Positions 60,401-64,000 of a stretch of 64,000 nt of DNA are shown in pieces; position 1 is the stretch's first letter, and each line of letters begins with the position of its first letter. This stretch comes from Poseidonia sp. GTDB taxonomy: Archaea; Thermoplasmatota; Poseidoniia; Poseidoniales; Poseidoniaceae. The notes under the pieces are model-generated. The model saw only the letters and a list, made by a program, of their open reading frames with translations, had not been told where the DNA came from and made no database searches. The DNA lies in the NCBI GenBank assembly GCA_038124565.1, contig JAYPCE010000003.1, forward strand, positions 5,910-69,909, written 5' to 3'. A program made the position numbers and the translations under genes.

Positions 60401-62714
60401 CGTACACATAGGCCATCCATGCATGGCCGGTCAAGTCAGCAGGAAGGGTGAAGGTCGTCTCAAGATGGGCGACATCAAGGCCTGAGCCAGAGTATGACGT
60501 GCAATTGTCGATGATGGTGCGTCGCAGCGAAGTAATATCTTGGTCGTCAAGGGCTGCATTCCATACCAAGACTTCATCGATCATGCCTTCAAAATACGCA
60601 CTACCCGCCCGGTTTACGCCCAATTTGTAGAGGTCGATGTTGTTGAATGAACCGTTGGGATAGGTGTTGGTGCCCACCAAAACACCGTCCATGTATTGGC
60701 GAATGTCTCCGTCGTCAAAAACCGACACCAGGTGCGTCCATCGTTGAGGAATCACATTGCCAAAGGGTTGGGTTTGGTTATTGTGCAGGCGCCATTGTCC
60801 GCTGGACACCATGTGTTGGAACGAGAGGTTTGAGCCCGCTTGGTCATCAATGGCGAAGGTCGCGGCGTAGGTGGTTTGGTTGGAGGTATTGGCCCATACC
60901 CATTGACTCACGGTGAGGTTTCCTGCCCAGTCGTTGACGTCGACCTTGGCTTGGTCGTTCACTCCGTCAAACCACAAACACGAACCGTCAACGCAGTTGT
61001 ACCAATTGCTGGCGTTCATGCCGTAGAGGGTGAGGTTGGCACTTCCGTTGACACTGTCGTTAGCTTTGCTTCCAGCACCGTCTTCAAAGGCCCAGTGATG
61101 AATCAAACGGCTTGATTGTGGTACAAGGTCGCTTGATACATAGAAGGCCGAAGCAGGGACCGCTGCTTTGCTGGTGTTCGGGCCCTGCCACGAGAAGATA
61201 AGACCGTGCGGGCCACCACCTTGGAAAAACTCAATCCGGAAATCATGAAGCCCCGAACTCAAATTGACGAAACCTGAACGCTCAGTCATACCATGGGAGC
61301 CGTGATTTTGAACCAAACTTGCTCCATCAAGCCACAGTTCAGAACCGTCATCTGAATTGATGAAAAATGTCCAATTGCCCGAGTAAGGGATGTCGATTAA
61401 TCCACTGAATCTAGCGCCCCAATCTTGCTTGAAGCGGTTGTCCAAGCCTGTGTAAGCGTTGTTGGATGCACCGTGATTGAGGTTTGGCTCAATCTGGACA
61501 CGGTCAGGAATGCGGTCAATGAGCGTGGGCATAGGCGACGTGGTGATGCTGAGGCCTGCGTTGTCAAAATACTCACCATAGATGCCTTGCATCATATCGC
61601 CGGCGTCTTGCTCACAAGCAGTCAAAACACTCGCTTCAAACGCCCCGTTTCCACCTTGTTTTTCTGTCGTCTGATAGGTCCACGCAAAGTCGTCCTCCGG
61701 CGCAACAATTGGGCCGCTGTGCGTCCAATATCTCGACCCACTCTGCCATGTTGCATCCAAGGTGTCAAACCCGCTATTGGGCAGGGAATTGGCATACCAA
61801 TTTCCGTCGTTGCTGCCCCATGAAGCGTACCCCATCACATTGGAGACATTGGTGAGGAACGGCGTATCTTCGTCAAACAACACGGGCAACCCCATGCTGC
61901 CGTTGAGGGTGGTGTTAGCGGTGTACAAGTTATCATTCCAGAACTTGTAGCCCGAGCCGTTTCGATTGGTGGCGAGGTCGAGTACAAAGGTCCCACGTTG
62001 ACCGAGACTTTGGTTGGCGCGTTCAATCAATTCAAGGGCTGTGTCAACGGTGTAACCTGTCAATCGGGTGACCAAAAAGAATCCGTATTTGTTGCGCGTA
62101 AAGGATTCCATCGGCTTGCCAGCCAAGGGACCGTAGTCATGATTAAACCAGTAATTGGCGCCGATTGAACTGTTGTAAGAGCCACCCAGCAACGCCAATT
62201 CTTGGTCAAAACTAGCTTTGTCGTTTCCTCCAGAGACCCGAAGTGGAATGCCTTTGGTTGTGACGAGGTAGTTCAACTGGTTGGAGGATGACCTGTTTTG
62301 CAACATTTCAAGGAAGGGGAGAGCGAAGTAGGTGTTGAATTGATTCCTGTTGATGGTTTCTGCGGTTGGTGTTCCGCTTTCGTTGAACAGGAATACCCTG
62401 TCCAGCGAGATGTTCCGAGCGGCTACAAAGGCCCATCCAATGGTTCGGCTCTCAGCAGAGAGGTTGTTGATCAAGACCCCTACATCTGAATAATCGATGA
62501 GGCTATCGTAGGAGAAACCGTCCGGAACGGCCACGGTTGGCCAAGGTGTTTGGTTCCAAACATCTTCAGAACCACCAACCAGAAAACCCTCAAACATTCG
62601 GTGTTCAAGGAGTTCAACCCACTCTTCTTGGCTTGGTTGGTCCGAGAAGGTCATGGGGACGATTGAAAGCAACAGGAGGACCACGAAAGCGACACTGCTC
62701 CGCTTCGTGGACAT
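57420..62714 (-). CDS. Giant (1764 aa) glycosylation-site-rich surface protein with PA14 domain, LamG/concanavalin-like domain, further beta-rich domains, C-terminal TM anchor and Trp-rich acidic cytoplasmic tail
   Basis: Signal MSTKRSSVAFVVLLLLSIVPMTFS. PA14 region …GIYGEYFDNAGL…SGNWTFFINSDDGSELWLDG…HDFRIEFFQGGGPHGLIFSWQGP…. LamG region …LWFDGVNDQAKV…RWTHLVSVFDDGDIRQYMDGVLVG…FEGMIDEVLVWNAAL…. TM AVAAFLIVTLSAVVL; tail …PEGWTLVAYEEWLGGPVPEGWTEDQWATYVAEHREALAKHHQEAQG. Very many N-x-S/T sequons. Confidence 0.9.
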   Translation of the reverse strand: MSTKRSSVAFVVLLLLSIVPMTFSDQPSQEEWVELLEHRMFEGFLVGGSEDVWNQTPWPTVAVPDGFSYDSLIDYSDVGVLINNLSAESRTIGWAFVAARNISLDRVFLFNESGTPTAETINRNQFNTYFALPFLEMLQNRSSSNQLNYLVTTKGIPLRVSGGNDKASFDQELALLGGSYNSSIGANYWFNHDYGPLAGKPMESFTRNKYGFFLVTRLTGYTVDTALELIERANQSLGQRGTFVLDLATNRNGSGYKFWNDNLYTANTTLNGSMGLPVLFDEDTPFLTNVSNVMGYASWGSNDGNWYANSLPNSGFDTLDATWQSGSRYWTHSGPIVAPEDDFAWTYQTTEKQGGNGAFEASVLTACEQDAGDMMQGIYGEYFDNAGLSITTSPMPTLIDRIPDRVQIEPNLNHGASNNAYTGLDNRFKQDWGARFSGLIDIPYSGNWTFFINSDDGSELWLDGASLVQNHGSHGMTERSGFVNLSSGLHDFRIEFFQGGGPHGLIFSWQGPNTSKAAVPASAFYVSSDLVPQSSRLIHHWAFEDGAGSKANDSVNGSANLTLYGMNASNWYNCVDGSCLWFDGVNDQAKVDVNDWAGNLTVSQWVWANTSNQTTYAATFAIDDQAGSNLSFQHMVSSGQWRLHNNQTQPFGNVIPQRWTHLVSVFDDGDIRQYMDGVLVGTNTYPNGSFNNIDLYKLGVNRAGSAYFEGMIDEVLVWNAALDDQDITSLRRTIIDNCTSYSGSGLDVAHLETTFTLPADLTGHAWMAYVYGKRVGEVDGAFALEVTALDSNGTVLSTNTSNDRTFTTTWASQFLRFRPDAQATQFKVRVPLDIASTSTSGAFYIDTVLIRAIRPHMDWVNGSIADTAVSTGGRSFNWGTSYGQSLVADLLEDGVSGVKGYVYEPYLTAVGLPSMYLPIYASGYNLAESHAAANRISGWMGVVVGDPKMAPYADMFHDINIVDVRVLGNMNLGEPATIQILVENTGMSQSNGTLLVQTVLGNSVLNQTNLVLPAGDQAGSRTLVNMSVVPTSDGYLDLRIRYDNSTPERNFANNLFPFSVVVNAPPSIDEVYCSASAITRGAYTICSVKATDDVNVTSASLEWQIVSENQSLSPDNWSLITLGQINTETWEASLVVPSNASLGWITLRATVRDASNMSQRIMYPNVTRVVDSPPTWFGPHVKGVDDAGWNNASNLPNRPATGLYRHQESQLTACVLDVDYRVEEETPFFLASRGTVGNVTYVSQSATHLYCYTAPFSLEVGGSLQDAVFELRSSTGSLLLQRTIRVADMPPQLHIQVESSLGTVLDRVVGNGEEVLRIDVVDVDDPGTSFVGDVMVQWPGGETLQVPLDIQAGQNSTLVRLDQLNVPLEAGELFIEASGIGKHGGATIAQLNVPFLLTPPEILFIEACDAEGAVDTMTFGQIAILMVGVASDRPLEGESSQLTQQGWAINAPSTDMLLWPEGQPPEACNWSAGTSDDVVWRTYRLKLDNSMLDGPGKAVFSVSDIDGLVKSASLDLMFQHAPTEFVSIEVSTPLPEEDLFTNVTLSDLDGLDRVICAYALYNEDGDMLSQSTMMAGPEGVFVNELSWQYPIPRSLANTTLNYTINCVDDLQQSFAYEDEMMVGPALACTTCVDNTLNDQTPVQNTNTQSAILKVSAVAAFLIVTLSAVVLRLRKTASEETAWGASDALELASLEDLFEQDSAGTSFDSPLPADLPSFVPEGWTLVAYEEWLGGPVPEGWTEDQWATYVAEHREALAKHHQEAQG

Positions 62715-62840
62715 GGTTCTTGCAAAGCTGGGGCCTCTTTAGCCGTATCGCTCTCAGGCCCGAATGAAAAATCCGATTGTTCCAAAAAAACATCCGAAAA
62801 TCGCTCGTTTCATCAAATCAGGGCGCAGATTACATGTAGG

Positions 62841-63500
62841 GTGGGCTCTCTTGGAGAAATGATGGCCGAACTCTACATGGCGAGGACATGCAGGCATGGC
62901 GTGCTTCGTGTCATGGGCGGAGAAGTCTGGGACCATTCTGGTGATGTGTTGGTGACACCGGCTAATAACCGCCTGTCTGGTCGAGAGGGCTTGGACGCCA
63001 TGATTCATCAAAAAGCGGGTAAGGAACTGACACAAGTCACCCGCAACATCTGTCTCGAGATGAGAAAAATCAACGCGCCACCTTGTGCGGTGACGCAAAA
63101 TGTCATCACTGAACCTTATGCGCTCGCTGACAAATTCACCCACATCATCCACGCTGTCGGACCTGATTGCAGGCGACCAAATCAAGATGAAGCACGTCGA
63201 GAATTGCTTGCCGAGACCTATCAAAACCTCTTTGCAACCATCGAAGAAATGGGTAACATCACCACCGTGGTTGCCCCGCCACTCTCCATGGGTGTGTTTG
63301 CTTACCCTCACCGTGAAGGTGCGCGACTCACCTTACAAGTTCTGCTTGAAATGTTGGACGGTGAGAAGGATTACGGCATTCGCAATTACACCATCGTCGT
63401 CAAAGAACGGAATTTCATTAGCAACATGCGAACCGTGTATCGAGAAGGCGAAGATCAGTTCCCGGGTGTTGATACCACCATGGAAGACTCAGTTCGCTAA
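62841..63500 (+). CDS. Macro-domain protein (ADP-ribose/O-acetyl-ADP-ribose processing)
   Basis: …VLVTPANNRLSGREGLDAMIHQKAG…HIIHAVGP…VVAPPLSMGVFAYP… macro-domain motifs. Confidence 0.9.
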   Translation: MGSLGEMMAELYMARTCRHGVLRVMGGEVWDHSGDVLVTPANNRLSGREGLDAMIHQKAGKELTQVTRNICLEMRKINAPPCAVTQNVITEPYALADKFTHIIHAVGPDCRRPNQDEARRELLAETYQNLFATIEEMGNITTVVAPPLSMGVFAYPHREGARLTLQVLLEMLDGEKDYGIRNYTIVVKERNFISNMRTVYREGEDQFPGVDTTMEDSVR

Positions 63501-63911
63501 TTTATCATCGATGGCGTCCACCCGGAGGCCCAAGCTGGTCACTTCTTCTGCGACTGAGCCAAGCCCGGCGCTTTCCAAATTGCGCTCAACGGACAACTTC
63601 ATTCGTCTAACTTCGTTCAATCGTTGCGTGCGGTCTTTTGGTCGATTCGCTTCACTTCGCATGCTCATAAGCCATTCTTCCAATAACGCAGCCCCCCATT
63701 CAGGCACACGCAACTCACTGGACAACAAAATGGACTGGCGGCGATGCTGAAAACGGGTCTTGCCTTCCGTTGTCCGCAAGCCTTGAATGGAACCAGGATT
63801 CCAATTTTCCAGAGGAATGTGGAGATGCTTTTGGATGTCAAGACGACCGCTCTGCGCAATGAGGAAATCGGCGATGAGCACGCTTGCAGAAAGCCGAAGA
63901 AAAACCTGCAC
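63489..63911 (-). CDS. Hypothetical protein (may be incompletely resolved near window end)
   Basis: 140-codon ORF convergent with the macro-domain gene, competing overlapping ORFs in other frames; no motifs. Confidence 0.3.
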   Translation of the reverse strand: MQVFLRLSASVLIADFLIAQSGRLDIQKHLHIPLENWNPGSIQGLRTTEGKTRFQHRRQSILLSSELRVPEWGAALLEEWLMSMRSEANRPKDRTQRLNEVRRMKLSVERNLESAGLGSVAEEVTSLGLRVDAIDDKLAN

Positions 63912-64000
63912 AACATCGTCATGCGTGGCCCAGTCTGAGATACGTGCTGGGCGTTCACCCCACGTTTCTTCACACCACGCTTCAATGGCGGCGTGCTGAG

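Noticed and set aside
1-64000. CRISPR arrays, rRNA genes, IS elements/transposases
   Set aside because: No short regularly spaced direct repeats, no rRNA-like conserved stretches, no transposase (DDE) or TnpB-like ORFs recognised anywhere in the window.

Overview
The window is a gene-dense (~90% coding), GC-rich (~58-60%) archaeal chromosomal segment. Archaeal origin is supported by the S13-S4-S11-RpoD operon, the PolD large subunit DP2, PriL, Sec61beta, the MC1 chromatin protein, archaeal-type LeuRS and a tRNA-Ser. Proteins are not hyper-acidic, so this is not a classic haloarchaeon. The organism is aerobic: a complete coxB-coxA-coxC-SCO1 operon is present. Bacterial-type lipid genes (PlsC-like acyltransferase, YegS lipid kinase) and a fused bacterial-type RibD suggest a marine euryarchaeon of the Poseidoniales/MGII kind; this is speculation, not shown by the sequence. 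Housekeeping content: rpe (partial), thioredoxin, leuS, r-protein/rpoD operon, pyrE, DP2, priL, ribD, cox operon, NOL1/Sun methyltransferase, Lrp, XerA, macro-domain protein. The most unusual content is a 2.2-17.5 kb cluster of three large Ca-binding surface proteins. Each has a TolB/PD40-like beta-propeller, arrays of thrombospondin-type-3-like D-rich repeats and a single C-terminal TM anchor. Two are tandem paralogs whose stalk block and Trp-rich cytoplasmic tail are invariant at protein level despite many synonymous changes. Immediately downstream lies an 873-aa single-pass membrane protein with four Cys-paired extracellular domains and two cytoplasmic winged-HTH domains; together these form a candidate, apparently undescribed transmembrane sensing/adhesion-to-transcription module. 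A STAND-like wHTH ATPase flanks the cluster. Other notable items: a 1764-aa PA14 + LamG surface protein with a related Trp-rich cytoplasmic tail; a chromatin cluster (MC1 + Ala/Lys-rich HhH H1-like protein + XerA + stand-alone RAM domain); a CDIN1/C15orf41-like TPD nuclease homolog; CoxI with a secreted N-terminal extension; and a SCO1 with duplicated Trp-rich domains plus an EGF-like Cys module. Many long antisense ORFs in the ORF track are artefacts of GC-rich, codon-repetitive genes. Many ORF-track starts are longest-possible GTG/TTG extensions and were trimmed to plausible ATGs.
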